A stretch of 64,000 nt of DNA from Octopus vulgaris (GCA_951406725.2 OX597814.1:183582001-183646000), one strand, 5' to 3'. Shown: positions 50,300 through 64,000, counted from the first letter of the stretch. Program-made: numbers and translations. The notes: generated from the sequence alone by a model not told the origin.

Positions 50300-50978
50300 C
50301 TTTTGGGCGATCTTTCTGTTTCTTAGAGATAACTTTATCCCGTCCGATTCGCTCCAAAATTTACAGGGACATGTAGAATAAGGTGACGATGCTCGTGGGC
50401 TACCTTAGAAATCCCTATCTTAAAAGGTGTGGTTGCTAGGGGCCATCTTCCTCACTCACCCTATTTCCTCCAGTACCCTTTCACTCCTCTTCATTTGACA
50501 AGCCACTACGGTTATTTAATGTAAAGTCTTCCTCAAATCACTCTCTCGCTATTTACTCTCTTCCAAGAACATTTTCACTCCCTCTTATCTCTTAGCTTCC
50601 CATACATTTTACTCATGTATCTATCAGCGTCATAGACAGAAACAAATATTACATCGCCATCGCCATCGCCATCGCATTCTATTGTCTACCTGTCAACACA
50701 CACACAGTGAATTACTTTCACTTTATTCGTTGCACACTGTGTGTGTGCGTGTGCTGTAGACCACACTAAGAGAAGCATTTGACTCATACACCACAATGTG
50801 AGTTTTCTCTAAATTTTGCTTAATTGGGGTTGAAATTTTAAAAAGTGGACCTGGCAAAACCCGATGCATTCTACTCTTAAAAATGCTAGGTAAATTGTAA
50901 TTGAAGAAATCCTATATTGTAGATTTCTATAAGAGATAAAGGGAGGCAGATAAAATCTGCCTTTTAAAATAAGAGATA
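50300..50978 (-). mobile_element. Probable further non-autonomous Helitron-type element (5' part)
   Basis: Reverse complement begins A|TCTCTTATTTTAAAAGGCAGATTTTATCTGCC (TC start, subterminal hairpin); 3' terminus not found. Confidence 0.35.
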
Positions 50979-51005
50979 CGTGGACTGGAATCACTCCGAC
51001 TATAC

Positions 51006-51555
51006 GCGGAGGCACATGGCCAAGTGGTTAGGGCAGCAGACTCATGGTCGAGGGATCGCGGGTTCGAATCTCAGACCGAGCGATGTGTGTGTTTATGAGT
51101 GAAGCACCTAAGCTCCACGCGGCTCCGGCAGAAGGTAATGGCGAACTTCTGCTGACTCTTTCGCCACAATTTTCTCTCACTGCATCTTGCAGCTCACCTG
51201 CGACGGACCGGCGTCCCGTCCAGGTGGGGAACCTATACGCCAAGGAAACCGGGAAACATGGCCTAGTGGTTAGAGCAGCGGACTCGCGGTCGAGGGATCG
51301 CGGGTTTGAATCACAGACCGGGCGATGTGTGTGTTTATGAGCGAAACACCTTAGCTCCACGCGGCTCAGGCAGAAGGTAATGGCGAACTTCTGCTGACTC
51401 TTTCGCCACAACTTTCTCTCACTCATTCCTACAGCATCTTGCAGCTCACCTGCGACGGACCCGGGTCCCGTTCAGGTGGGGAACCTATACGCCAAGGAAA
51501 CCGGGAAACCGGCACTTATGAGCCAAGCATGGCTCGAGAAGGAACAAACAAAACA
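51006..51555 (+). mobile_element. Head-to-tail SINE C dimer inside a single 13-bp TSD
   Basis: TSD ACTCCGACTATAC at 50993-51005 and 51556-51568; junction GGGAAAC|ATGGCCTAGTGG at ~51257. Confidence 0.9.
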
Positions 51556-52404
51556 ACTCCGACTATACATAGTTTTGCTCGTCCAGAGCTGCCACGTAGC
51601 TAAACATCAGCGATGATGACTGCGACAGAGATTGCAACAGTGGCAGCAGTGACGACGGCGACGACGACGATTATGATGACAACGTCGATGACAAGAATGA
51701 CATACTGTTTACCAGATATGCTTTAAAATATAGATCCGAAATGTTATCATTGCTGAAGAATTGATTTCAAAATATGGTAATATTGAAGATGTTATTCGAA
51801 ACATCGTGAAGAGATGCGAAAGAAATGATTCAATAAATACACGCTATTCTGCCAATGATATGCACAGAAATATGAAGAAAATAAAAGTAAAAATAAAGAT
51901 ACGATATAAATTTAGCTCACATTTTGTGTTGTACACTCTATTATTAGCTCTAAGCTAACACTCTATAGTCTAGCCGAGGATTATAATTAATTGGATCGAC
52001 TCCAGAACATATATGCTACTAATTTTATCGTTATCTCACTTATAGTCGAAATACATTTATCTGCGAGATTAAGTCAGAATCAGAATTGCTATTTAAGCAT
52101 TTATAAATTGCAAATTGCATTGCTTAGTTTTGTTTCATTGATTTCATTGATGGCGGTACGAATATCAAAGAGAAAATGAAGTTTTATGAGACAATGCATT
52201 TAATATAAGTCGTACAATCGGAAAAAGCAGAATACACAATGAATCATATGTGTACTATGCAAGATAGATAGTGTAGCACAATCACGAGTCTAACAAAGAA
52301 ATTACTCCACGGTATTTAGTTTCAACCCATTGCATTGTGAGGTCGAAATCGGGCCGAGATCAAGTGTCATCCTACTGGGAACAGTAAATAAGTACTGAGG
52401 ATGT

Positions 52405-53065
52405 TATAATCCTTTCTATAATAGGTAAAAGTCCTGAAAATTTGGAGGCTAGTCGACAGTGCACAACTGGTACTTACGTTATCGACCACCGAGGATAACA
52501 TAAGTCGGCTCCCTCGGAATTCGAATTGTAAGGAATAATAGCGACAGCCTCGGAATTCGAAATGTAAAGACGGACGAAATACCTATTTCTTTACTACCCA
52601 CAAGGGGCTAAACACAGAGAGGACAAACAAGGACAGACAGACGGATTAAGTCGATTACATATACCCCAGTGCGTAACTGGTACTTATTTAATCGACCCCG
52701 AAAGGATGAAAGGTAAAGTCGACCTCGGCGGAATTTGAACTCAGAACGTAGCGGCAGACGAAATACCTATTTCTTTACTACCCACAAGGGGCTAAACACA
52801 GAGGGGACAAACAAGGACAGACAGACGGATTAAGTCGATTACATATACCCCAGTGCGTAACTGGTACTTATTTAATCGACCCCGAAAGGATGAAAGGTAA
52901 AGTCGACCTCGGCGGAATTTGAACTCAGAACGCAGCGGCGGACGAAATACCGCTAAGCATTTCGCCCGGCGTGCTAACGTTTCTGCCAGCTCGCCGCCCT
53001 AACAGACGAAATACCACAGAGCATTTTGTTTGGTGTGCTAACGATTCTGTCAGCTCACAGCCTTA
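52405..53065 (-). mobile_element. SINE B array: two young units (period 184 bp) nested in an old copy
   Basis: Old head 53002-53065, young 52584-53000, old tail 52405-52583; duplicated AC(A/G)GACGAAATACC. Confidence 0.88.
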
Positions 53066-54516
53066 TAGAAGTTGTTAAAATGATCTGCGTCCTACCAACA
53101 AATTTGCAGATTTGTTATTACTCCTAATTCTTTTTCAAAAGCAAATATATAAATTATCAGAATATAAAATAGCAAGATATATACAATGCAATCATCTTGT
53201 ATCGAGTGTATTCACTCTAGGAACTACATGGGCAGGTAGTTAAATGCAATTGTTTTATTTTCTTTTAATCCATGACGGTTACTGTTCACTTAATGAACAT
53301 ATATTCAAAGCATTCGTTGTGCAGTTAATTCACTAGACTTTTGCACCCATTAGTAAAAATCCTTCATTTTCTTAATCACCGTTTGTGTGTAATCCAACAG
53401 AGATCCAGTTTTAAAAAGGAATGCTATTTAAAGTGAAATGAATGGGAGCTAAATACAAGAAAAGGAAGGAGAAAAAACAAAGAGGGCTGATTGTACATTT
53501 ATCTTTTATTTTTGTATTTACTATTTTTCACGTAAAACTTAAGCTTTTAGAAGACATTTTTCTATAAAACAGGAAACATGGGAGGTTAGTAAAAGCTGAT
53601 AAAACTATTTCTCGCGGACAACGAACAGCACAAAGAAATTAATACTGTTTTCACTGCCTTTATATTTCCCGTTTCTTTAGCTTTGTCGTACTTTTGTCTT
53701 GTTCTTTTTCGTTTCTTTAGAGGTTAATGTAAACTGTCACATCCATGTAAAATGTGGGAATATGAGTAATGAGAAGAAAAGAAAAGATGATAAAAATATT
53801 ATAACAGCTTAAGGATTATGCAAAGAGAGTATTTCTCGTATAAAACATTAAAAACAAGAGCAACAAAATATGTGTGTGTGTGTATGTATGTGTATGAAGA
53901 AATAATGATAAAAAAACAATCAGTAATGTGTGCTGCATCACGTAATCTCCTTAATTTGTAACACACAAGATAACATTACCACATGCAGTTGGAACAATGT
54001 GATGTTTTACAATTGTGTTTAAAGAAGTATGAAATATATGCCCCCTTGCGTTAGGCTAATGCAGACTAAAGCCTTTGAATAATGCCGTACATATGTTTAC
54101 CTGACCCCTGAATAACACTACAATTCATACCCCAACATTTATCAGTTGAAGTTTTGATTATATTCTTAATGGGACATGTAAACTTCCGTATTGTTTCGGG
54201 TTCAACCATTAAGCAATGATTCGAGAATTTAGATGTTTTGTTTCCAAATATAACATCTTTTTTATGTCGGCCGATAAATTTGTAGAATTTCTCTTAAAGA
54301 TAAGCAGGAAATACGTTCATGTATACATACATGCATACATACATACATGCATACATACATAAATAAGTACATACATACAGACAGACACACAGACACTAAC
54401 ACTTTTACAGGTATGCACAAAAGCAGATGCAGGTGTGAATATATGAGCGTATAAAGGTGAAAAGACTTCGGAAACTCGATAGGGGTTCAAGATTCGACAA
54501 GATATATATATCAAAT

Positions 54517-54913
54517 AAGGTGGCGAGCTGGCAGAAACGTTAGCACGCCGGGCGAAATGCTTAGCGGTATTTCGTCTGCCGCTACGTTCTGAGTTCAGAT
54601 TCCGCCGAGGTCGACTTTGCCTTTCATCCTTTCGGTATCGATAAATTAAGTACCAGTTACGCACTCGGGTCGATGTAATCGATTTAATCCGTGTGTCTTT
54701 CCTTGTTTGTCCTCTCTGTGTTTAACCTCTTGTAGGTAGTAAAGAAATAATTATTTCGTCTTCCGTTACGTTCTGAGTTCAAATTCCGCCGAGGTCGACT
54801 TTGCCTCTCATCCTTTCGGGGTCGATAAATTAAGTACCAGTTTCGATTTAATCCGTTTGTCTGTCCTTGTTTGTCCCCTCTATGTTTAGCCCCTTGTGGG
54901 TAATAAAGACATA
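54517..54913 (+). mobile_element. SINE B dimer with ~18-bp TSD
   Basis: AGATAT(A/G)TATATCAAATA on both sides; junction at 54749/54750. Confidence 0.88.
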
Positions 54914-55019
54914 AGATATGTATATCAAATACCCCTCGTTGAGTAATTACTACATCCGAGATCCTGCTAGCTAGGAAACATGTAGTCTGGATCTTACCAG
55001 CTCCATTCTCTAAATTTAG

Positions 55020-55073
<54 letters not shown>

Positions 55074-55074
55074 T

Positions 55075-55127
<53 letters not shown>

Positions 55128-55180
55128 ATCTATCTATCTACCTATCTATCTATATACATATATAAATATATATATGTGTG

Positions 55181-55228
<48 letters not shown>
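55020..55228. repeat. (TATC)n + (TA)n microsatellite
   Basis: Direct. Confidence 0.95.
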
Positions 55229-55229
<1 letters not shown>

Positions 55230-55449
55230 ACATATATCTCAACACCACCACACCATAAACCACCATACCACACAACACCATACCACCACGCACACACTAG
55301 CACTGACCACTTCCCAGCCCCACACCATCATCCACAAACATATACATGCTTTCTTATACACACGCACACGCATGTTCGTTTTGGGATCACCACTACTTTA
55401 TTATCTCCCCTTCTTTCTAGCTCTCCTGTGTGAGACCTCTGTCCGGCAT

Positions 55450-55642
55450 TCGCCATGATAGATCGCTAGCCACTACACATTCTTTATTTTCTCTCCTTGT
55501 TTCTTTCTGTGTTCCTTTCTGTGGAAGAGCGTAGGCTCGAAACGTTAAAGACTTTTTCACTTCCCGAGCGTTAAACTAATACATCTGTTTGTTGTCTACA
55601 CCACCTGTCCTTGTCTTTTGTTTTTTGGGGAAAAATCTCCCC
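55450..55642 (+). mobile_element. Family H hammerhead-bearing element (possibly with a longer 5' extension from ~55235)
   Basis: CGCCATGATAGATCG.TAGC.ACTACACA start shared with 29433; ends TCTCCCC then (TA)n. Confidence 0.78.
55515..55550 (+). ncRNA. Minimal hammerhead-like motif with core CUGUGGA
   Basis: cttt CTGTGGA A GAGC GTAG GCTC GAAAC GTT aaag. Confidence 0.6.
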
Positions 55643-55752
<110 letters not shown>

Positions 55753-55799
55753 ATACGTGCAGAAGCTGAAAAGTCTCTCGCTTTAAGAGTATTGCGAAA

Positions 55800-55968
55800 G
55801 GCCTGGCTAGGGGCCCAAATTCCGAGTCCTTTTGCAGGGCTTAAACAGGAGGATCGCTGCACTGAATGTGTGAATCTGAAAGGAGAACGTGCTGAATAAA
55901 ATCATAATTTACCGATCCTCTTTTATTTACTGCTACCTAAAGCCAGGAACTTTTCTGCACCCTATCGT
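55800..55968 (+). mobile_element. Mariner 3' end (C-terminal peptide and TIR-like end)
   Basis: LKQEDRCTECVNLKGERAE* resembles L..RW.KCV...GDYVE; AACTTTTCTGCACCCTATCGT is TIR-like. Confidence 0.5.
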
Positions 55969-56207
55969 GTACACACACACACACGCACACACACAGACAC
56001 AAATATATATGTTGTATATATATGTACATCAAAAGTGACACACAAACACACGTAAACACAAACGCACTCATATTTATCGTGATGAATCATATATTTTGAC
56101 CTTTACACTCCTCTCAGTATGGAGTCAAGCAAACCCACTTTAAATATTATTCTATTCTTTTTTTTATAGTTTTAAATTTGTAACCGTATTATACATACAT
56201 ACATACA

Positions 56208-56243
<36 letters not shown>

Positions 56244-56244
56244 T

Positions 56245-56286
<42 letters not shown>

Positions 56287-56398
56287 TGAGTGCGTGCGCG
56301 CATATTTGTGTTAGTTCCTTTCTACGAAGTAAGGAAAAGTTGACTGTGTACAGCATCTCCATTGGTGCACCACTCATTCAGTAACTACTATTTCCTAG

Positions 56399-57262
56399 AA
56401 AGGCGGCGAGTTGGCAGAAACGTTAGCACGCCGGGCGAAATTCTTAGCGGTATTTCGTCTGCTGCTACGTTCTGAGTTCAAATTCCGCCAAGATCGACTT
56501 TGCCTTTCATCCTTTCGGAGTCGATTAAATAAGTACCAGTTACGCACTGGGGTCGATATAATTGACTTAATCCGTTTGTCTGTCCTTGTTTGTCCCCTCT
56601 GTGTTTAGCCCCTTGTGGGTAATAAAGAAATATATTATCTTTATCTTTTGAAGGCGGCGAGCTGGCAGAAACGTTAGCACGCCGGGCGAAATGCTTAGCG
56701 GTATTTCGTCTGCGTTACGTTGTGAGTTCAAATTCCGCCGAGGTCGACTTTGCCTTTCATCCTTTCGGGGTCGATAAATTAAGTACCAGTTACGCACTGG
56801 GGTCGATGTAATCGACTTAATACCTATGTCTGTCCTTGTTTGTCTCCTCTGTGTTTAGCCCCTTGTGGGTAATAAAGAGATAGGTATTTCGTCTGCTGCT
56901 ACGTTCTGAGTTCAAATTCCACCAAGATCGATTTGCCTTTCATCCTTTCGGGGTCGATTAAATAAGTACCAGTTACGCACTGGGGTCGATATAATTGACT
57001 TAATCCGTTTGTGCTCTCTGTGTTTAGCCCCTTGTGGCAATAAAGAAATAAGAAACGTTAGTATGCCGGGCGAAATGCTTAGCAGTATTTCGTCTGTTTT
57101 TACGTTCTGAGTTCAAATTCCGCCGAGGTCGACGTTGTCTTTCATCCTTTCCTGGGGGTGGGGGTAGTTAAATTAAGCACCAGTTGTGTACTGGGGCCGA
57201 TCTAATCGACTGGCCTCGTCCCCCAAAATTTCGCGCCTTGTGACTAGTGTAGAAAAGAATTA
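56399..57262 (+). mobile_element. SINE B four-unit array (three young-tail units plus one old-tail unit)
   Basis: Units start at ~56399, 56651, 56883 and 57051; central GCCTTTCATCCTTTCGGGGTCGATAAATTAAGTACCAG resembles the Meta/MESC SINE domain. Confidence 0.9.
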
Positions 57263-57545
57263 CTACTCCCGAAGTTCTGCTAGCTAGGAATCATATATAG
57301 CCTGGATTTTACCAGACCACATGCGTTTTACCTATATTTGGTTTTTTATTCTCATACATAGCAACCCAAGTTGCTAACCGTGAACTATAAAATAACAATT
57401 TGCAGCTTCTCAAACTTCGATATTGGAAAAAATTTAATATCTTCTACTTCCATAAACCACGATTGATCCTGGAAGTTGCTTTTTATACCTTCTACGGTCC
57501 GCTCAAAGATTACCAACTTCCCACACCTGGATTCTTGGATCTTAT

Positions 57546-57975
57546 ATTCTTTTATTCTTTTATCTGCTTCAGTCATTTGATTGCGGCCATGCTGGAGTAC
57601 CGCCTTTAGTCGAGCAAATTGACCCCATGACTTATTCTTTGTAAGCCTAGGACTTATTCTATCCGTCTTTCTTGCCGAACCAGTAAGTGACGGGGACGTA
57701 AACACACCAGCATCGGTTGTCAAACGATGTTAGAGGGACAAGCACAGACACACAAAATACACACATACACACACACACACACACATATCTATCTATCTAT
57801 ATATATATATATATATATACGACGGGCTTCTTTCAGTTTCCGTCTACCAAATCCACTCACAGTGATTTGGTTGGCCTGAGGCTATAGTAGAAGACACTTG
57901 CCCAAGGTGTCACGCAGTGGGACTGAACCCGGAACCATGTGGTTGGAAAGCAAGCTACTTACCACACAGCCACTC
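57546..57975 (-). mobile_element. SINE family A, nearly full length
   Basis: Colinear with consensus. Confidence 0.9.
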
Positions 57976-57977
57976 AT

Positions 57978-58340
<363 letters not shown>

Positions 58341-59787
58341 GCAATAATAATCTTACTATAAAAATATTTAACTAAATTATGGCGAGTCCTGTATGTTTGA
58401 TATCTGGATGAGGTCGTTTTAATTTGCGACTATCGGAACTTAATCCCTAACTGAAATCACGAACTCTTTTAGAAGCGACGCCAAAAATACAATCTCATAC
58501 TTGTCCGACAGCAGAACTGTTAAATTATAATATTAGAATCCGAGGAAAACGTTGACGGTCTATATTGATACATATCAATAATAGAAATCGCTCACCAAAA
58601 TGAACATGGCAGATTGGCGTGTTAGTAGCATAATTAAGATATATCTTCCAAAATTAAAACAAAAAAAACATATTTCTGTTGTTGCTAGGTAGCTGTCAAT
58701 CAAGTTTAATTGAGCAGTTTCTTTGTTCGAAGGCATTCTTATCATGACTACTTAGTTTTCTTCTCTTATATGCAGGGAACTAGGTTCTGCCTGTACAAGA
58801 CGCTGCGATACGCTTAAGGTGACATTGCTGCTATTTGTAGCACAGTGAATGACAAATAGAGGCTTCTCATAGCATCTAGCGTTGCTGGGATAGTAAATCA
58901 AACGTGTTTCTCAGTTTTATAACAAAAGAAACAATAGCGACAGCCTCGAAATAACGTGCAAAATTATTGCGAAATGATATGCATTTCACATCGATATTTC
59001 TATTTGGTTTGACGGGGAATCTCATACAAATAGCTTAGGTGATGTGGTGCGTGACATTCTTGAACTTCCCGTCTGTTTTATCAGTCTATCTGAAATGAAG
59101 TGGATTGGACCGGAGATTGAAACTGTATCAAACTGAACATTGCTAGAAGTTTGATTTACAGCGACTTCCATATTTATTTCATAACCATTTTAAATGCAAT
59201 TATTCCAAATGTTTAAAGACTCCCGCCACCTCAGATTAATAGTTTTCTTTAGAATCGTTATCTTCCGTATGGTAATAAACTTGCTTTCGTTTCATTTTTT
59301 AATATCTATTTTCTGCAAGTAATTAGTATTTAATGGCCTTTAAAATATTTCTAATGTTTAATCTGTCTTTAAATGATTGTTATTTATGGCGGAAAAAACG
59401 GCGAATGGTTCTTTGCTTAAATCTCTCTTTCTCTCTTTCCATCGCATTTCCCACCCCGTTCCCACACTTTCTATTTATCTATCTGTAATTGCTTTTGATT
59501 CCTATTTTTATTTCTTTTGAAATGTGAATATTGCATGATTCGCTACAATAATATACCATGGAATTTCACTTATCATTAATTTGTGTGCAAAAACAAAAAG
59601 ATATAAATATAAAAACAACAAAGAAACACGAATGTGGCATAATAAAGAATTTTGTAACGCAGGCACGAAATTGAAAATTTGCGGGAAAAACAAAACAACA
59701 GAGAACTAGATCGATCTCTACTTGACTACTCATATTTGTCGACGCCAGAATGATAAAAGGCTATCAAAATCAACCTTTATATATCCC

Positions 59788-59818
<31 letters not shown>

Positions 59819-60408
59819 AATATGAAACATATATAAAACATAAAGGGAGATAATTCTAATAATGGATTTTTACTACATTCACCTTCAAGTTGTTTGCCTC
59901 AGTAAGATGCAAACAATACCTGTCAAAAGAACGTATAAATCCAGTGTAAGCTCAAGAAGTATCTAGTTATAACGTGCAGACTTAAAAATTTCGGTTTTGT
60001 ATCTGGAGTGCTGTGAAACCAATAGGAGTTCTTAAACCATGTCTCTAGTAATTAGGTGGGCTGTTTGGGTAGCTTGGGAGTTAACCAGACTTCGGTGTTA
60101 CAGAATGTCAACTTTGAAATGCACCTTCACAGCTTGTGATTGCTTGAAAGTGGCGATTTCTGAATGAGTTGATTCCGACAGTAGCCTATTCACCTGAAGA
60201 CAGCATCAAAATGCAGCGAATGAGCTGCATCTGAGGTCCTCATTCCTTTTGATATAATATGTGAGATATAACATTATATAGTATATAATATATGAGAATG
60301 CATGTATAATAACCTTGAAAATAAAATTTGAAGCAATAAAACAGATCACTTATATTTTACTTCAATTTTGATAAAAAATATCTACTCAAATATTTATATA
60401 TTTCTTTA

Positions 60409-60622
60409 TTGCCCACAAGGAACTAAACATAGAGGGGACAAACAAGGACAGACAAAGTCAATTTCATCGACCCAGTGCGTAACTGGTACTTTATTTATCG
60501 ACCCCGAAAGGATAAAAGGCAAAGTCGACCTCGGCGGAATTTGAACTCAGAACGTAACGACAGACGAAATACCGCTAAGCATTTCGCCCGGCGCGCTAAC
60601 GTTTCTGCCAGCTCGCCGCCTT
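60409..60622 (-). mobile_element. SINE family B monomer
   Basis: Head GGCGGCGAGCTGGCAGAAACG to tail AAAGAAATA on the minus strand. Confidence 0.9.
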
Positions 60623-62589
60623 TTCCACTAAAATATCTATATCTACTTAGTTGGTTTATATGTAGAGTGGAGTTGATAGTTAAGGAGAGTTCACAATTGC
60701 TGAAGTAATTTTAAACAGAGTTGAAATATGGGGCATATACATCTAGCCTTCTGTTTCTGGCTGCAAAAATACTATGTATATAGACGTAATGTTAACATTC
60801 TTTGTATCACACAGTGTTGGCTAAAAGTTACTAGAAATGTTCAAAAGCAACGAAACGAAACACTGTTAATACACCAGTGATTTCATATTTCGACTTGCTG
60901 TTAAAGAATTGCTTCATTAGTAAAAGCCACTGATGTCAATGGGTTTAGGAGCAGTGCGTTGGTGAATAGAGAAGAAAAGTGCACAGCTGCTGACGGAACC
61001 CGGATTAGAGCTGAAATAAATGAACATTACAGCTGTTCTTTCTTTTTCTGTCTGCGAACATATCGTGTATGTAGACGAAATGCTTACATTCGTCGTAACA
61101 CTCACAGACACAGAGAGCTTGAGCTCGAAGATGATATTTTCCTAGTCTGGTAGCATTCCAAGGCCGGCAAATCCAAATTGCCTATCCAGTTGCTAGAGAC
61201 ATGGTTAAAAAGAGCTAAAGGCTTCCTCACTTTAAGTGATCACACATTACGTCGGCGGTAGGAAAGTCGGACACTAACAGTGGAAAAGCCGGACACTAAC
61301 CATGGGGAAGATGGTTTAGTCACCGACGACCCAACCATGAAAAATACTGGACCGGAAACATTTGAGTAGTAGCTGCCATGGGCAATCAAACAGATGAAGT
61401 ATTGATTTACTATAATTGAATTCTGCAGAAATGTTTTATTGCGCATTATAATTACAAATTAATATCTAAAAGAGGCAAATTACGAACACTAGATCTTGGC
61501 GCATCGCAAGCCATGTTGTCGCCTCCGATAATACAATGTACATCTACTCATAATTTTTGCGCTTAAAATATAAATATCATTTTAGATTAAATATTTTATT
61601 TAAAAAAATAATAAATCACGACCACTCTGAACAACTAGAGGTCCCTATAGCACCACCTTTAATATGTATTTTACACGGGTGGAACCTCATGCTCATTCAA
61701 TGTTTTAAAAAGTCCTATTATCAAATTATTTTTGTGATTGAATATTATTATGAAATGTATGAAAAAATAGTTAAAATATCTTATGTAATGTAGAAGTATA
61801 ACCAGTTTATTGAACGAAACCTTATATGGAACCCCAAGAATCGTGTAGACCCCGATAAGAAAACTTCGTTTAGGGTGATACTGTTAATGTTCCATTTATA
61901 ATGTTCTGAGTCAACAACTGGAGAAAAGATATGACAGAGACGACTCCAGGGGGTGGTATGCAGGGTATGAAGGATTGGGTATAGTAGTTAAAGTGACGAA
62001 AGTGCAGTTAAACGCACCAAAAGTACCAAGAGGTGTGGAGTGACGGGTGGGTCGGAGCTGGTTAAATAGTGGAGGTACGAAACCAGTTACCTTCGAGGAG
62101 CTCATTTGTTGCTCATTATGAGTTCACACCGCCTCGGATCGGGTGAATAAAGGAGTTAACCCCTTGAATCTTATTGATCAAAGCAATTGCAATAAGTAGC
62201 CGTTTAGAGTCATTCAGGATGGTTGAATATTTTGTAAAATTAATTTCTTTTCCAAGTATATTAATAGCCTTAAGCGGCTCTAAGTACCTATCCTGGGAAT
62301 CGAACGGAAATAACAGGCTTGATAAGCTCTAAGCATCTTCTCCCCCGCGTCCTCTGAGTATTAGGTAAGAGTTTATCGTTTCATGCCACACTATTTTTAG
62401 TGATGCGTATAGTTACCGTTGCCGACGTTAGACAAGGTAAAATATTTCCTGCGTGTTTCGGATGAAATTGTGTAGATAAATGAATGCCAAGCGCAATAGC
62501 AATGCATAATAATTTACTTGTAGAAGCTAGAACTAAGGGAGCGGAACAGACAAAGCAAATATGAAAAGATGTTCTGCTTAGGATAAGAT

Positions 62590-63284
62590 TCACGCGTGTC
62601 TATATGCACGCACCCGCGCACACATATACATACATATGTATGTGTTAATGTTTATCCATAAATATGTGTGTGTGCGTGTCTTTGTATCTGTGGATGCTTT
62701 ATGTGTTTTTGCGAATGTATGTGTGTGTCTTCGTGTATCTGTAACTGCGTTTGCGCCTAGGTGTATGCGTATGTGTATGTATGTGTGTGTGTGTGTGTGT
62801 TTTTATTTAAGATGACATTAAGAAATTAGGGTGGCAAGGTCATCGGTGTAACACTAAAAGGTTAAATGCGGTATAAATTCCTAAATAATTGTTGATGTAC
62901 AGAGATAAATATATTTAGACGCACATACATATATGTAACCATGTATGTACGTCTGTTTCAACTTACATATATCTATATGTGTGTGTGTGTTTCTCTCTGT
63001 GTCTCTGTGTACGTGTGTTTTTGCATAAATTTATATATATATATACACATATATACACATATATACACATATATATACACATATATACACACACATATAT
63101 ATATAGGTGTGTGTGTCTGTATGTTAGTGTTTGTGTTTACGTGTGGGTGTACGTGTGCGTGTGTACATGTATCTACCACCACATTCATGAATATAACTAA
63201 TGCACACACACACACACACAAACACACTCATATATATGCATTTGTTATATTCGTGTATGTAGTGGTGGGTATATGTACACACAT

Positions 63285-63331
<47 letters not shown>

Positions 63332-63615
63332 AATACACTCATGCACATATACAGACACAACACACACAAACACACATACATATATGTATATATATATAGG
63401 CATTTATGCATACACTCATGAGCACATACAGACACAACATACACACGCACACACTAACTCACGCATATGTATGTATGTATGAGCACACACACACACATAT
63501 ATATATATATATACATATACATACATATATATAGACATATACATATATACATACGTACATAACCTTATATATAGTTATTTATACACACATATACGTATGT
63601 ATATGTGTATGTATC

Positions 63616-63652
<37 letters not shown>

Positions 63653-63690
63653 GCATATACGTATGCACGTACACACACACATGTACACAG
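62590..63690. repeat. Extended degenerate (CA/TA/TG)n low-complexity region
   Basis: Alternating purine-pyrimidine tracts; source of the spurious ORFs. Confidence 0.85.
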
Positions 63691-64000
63691 TCCCTTATTT
63701 CCTGTGCCTTTTAATCCACCGATCTCCACTTCCCATGCCACCGACGACTACAAGCACTCATGGCTATTTTCACAAGCATACAACAATGTTCAGAAAAATG
63801 TAGCTCGACACTCGACAGATATGAAGAATTCTTCTGAAGTGATTTAGCAGTTTCATAATACATTCAGATCTTTATCTTTGTATCCGGATATTTCGAAGAG
63901 TGGGAGAAAATGCTTCATACAAAAATCTTTTACGCGATCAACCTTTCTGGGAAAGAAACTAAAGAAATAGAATTCGAAAATTATGTAGGAGGCGGAAACA

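Noticed and set aside
60190-60240. CTGAAGA...CGAA hammerhead candidate
   Set aside because: GAAA is incomplete, and an alternative perfect hairpin ATGCAGC/GCTGCAT overlaps it; no supporting helix I/III
63688-63847. Possible terminal exon (SPLFPVPFNPPISTSHATDDYKHSW...)
   Set aside because: No polypyrimidine acceptor, no recognisable domain and no upstream exons identified

Overview
AT-rich, repeat-saturated non-coding eukaryotic DNA with very dense (TA)n/(CA)n/(TACA)n/(TATC)n/(TAA)n microsatellites. The SINE repertoire and microsatellite load resemble a coleoid cephalopod (Octopus-like) genome; this is my inference. I found no intact host protein-coding gene: almost every listed ORF is a microsatellite or SINE artefact. 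Recognisable content: at least 5 tRNA-headed SINE families (about 30 copies or fragments); decayed non-LTR retrotransposons (R4/Dong-like RLE elements, CR1/L2-like, RTE-like); a Naiad-type Penelope-like element (PLE) fragment; mariner and maT/DD37D-like transposase remnants; a decayed Helitron RepHel (PIF1) segment; and several non-autonomous Helitrons, one carrying an open helicase fragment. The most interesting signal is a set of short (~200 bp) (TA)n-embedded elements with minimal type-I hammerhead-ribozyme folds. Four of five copies have a non-canonical CUGUNGA-type core, and two form a 210-bp tandem dimer. Also notable: further degenerate hammerhead-like loci (one within a 281-bp tandem unit), a wobble-consistent rod-like hairpin, and a SINE family that repeatedly joins into its own head at one site. 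All alignments and folds were done by eye, so coordinates of decayed elements are approximate.
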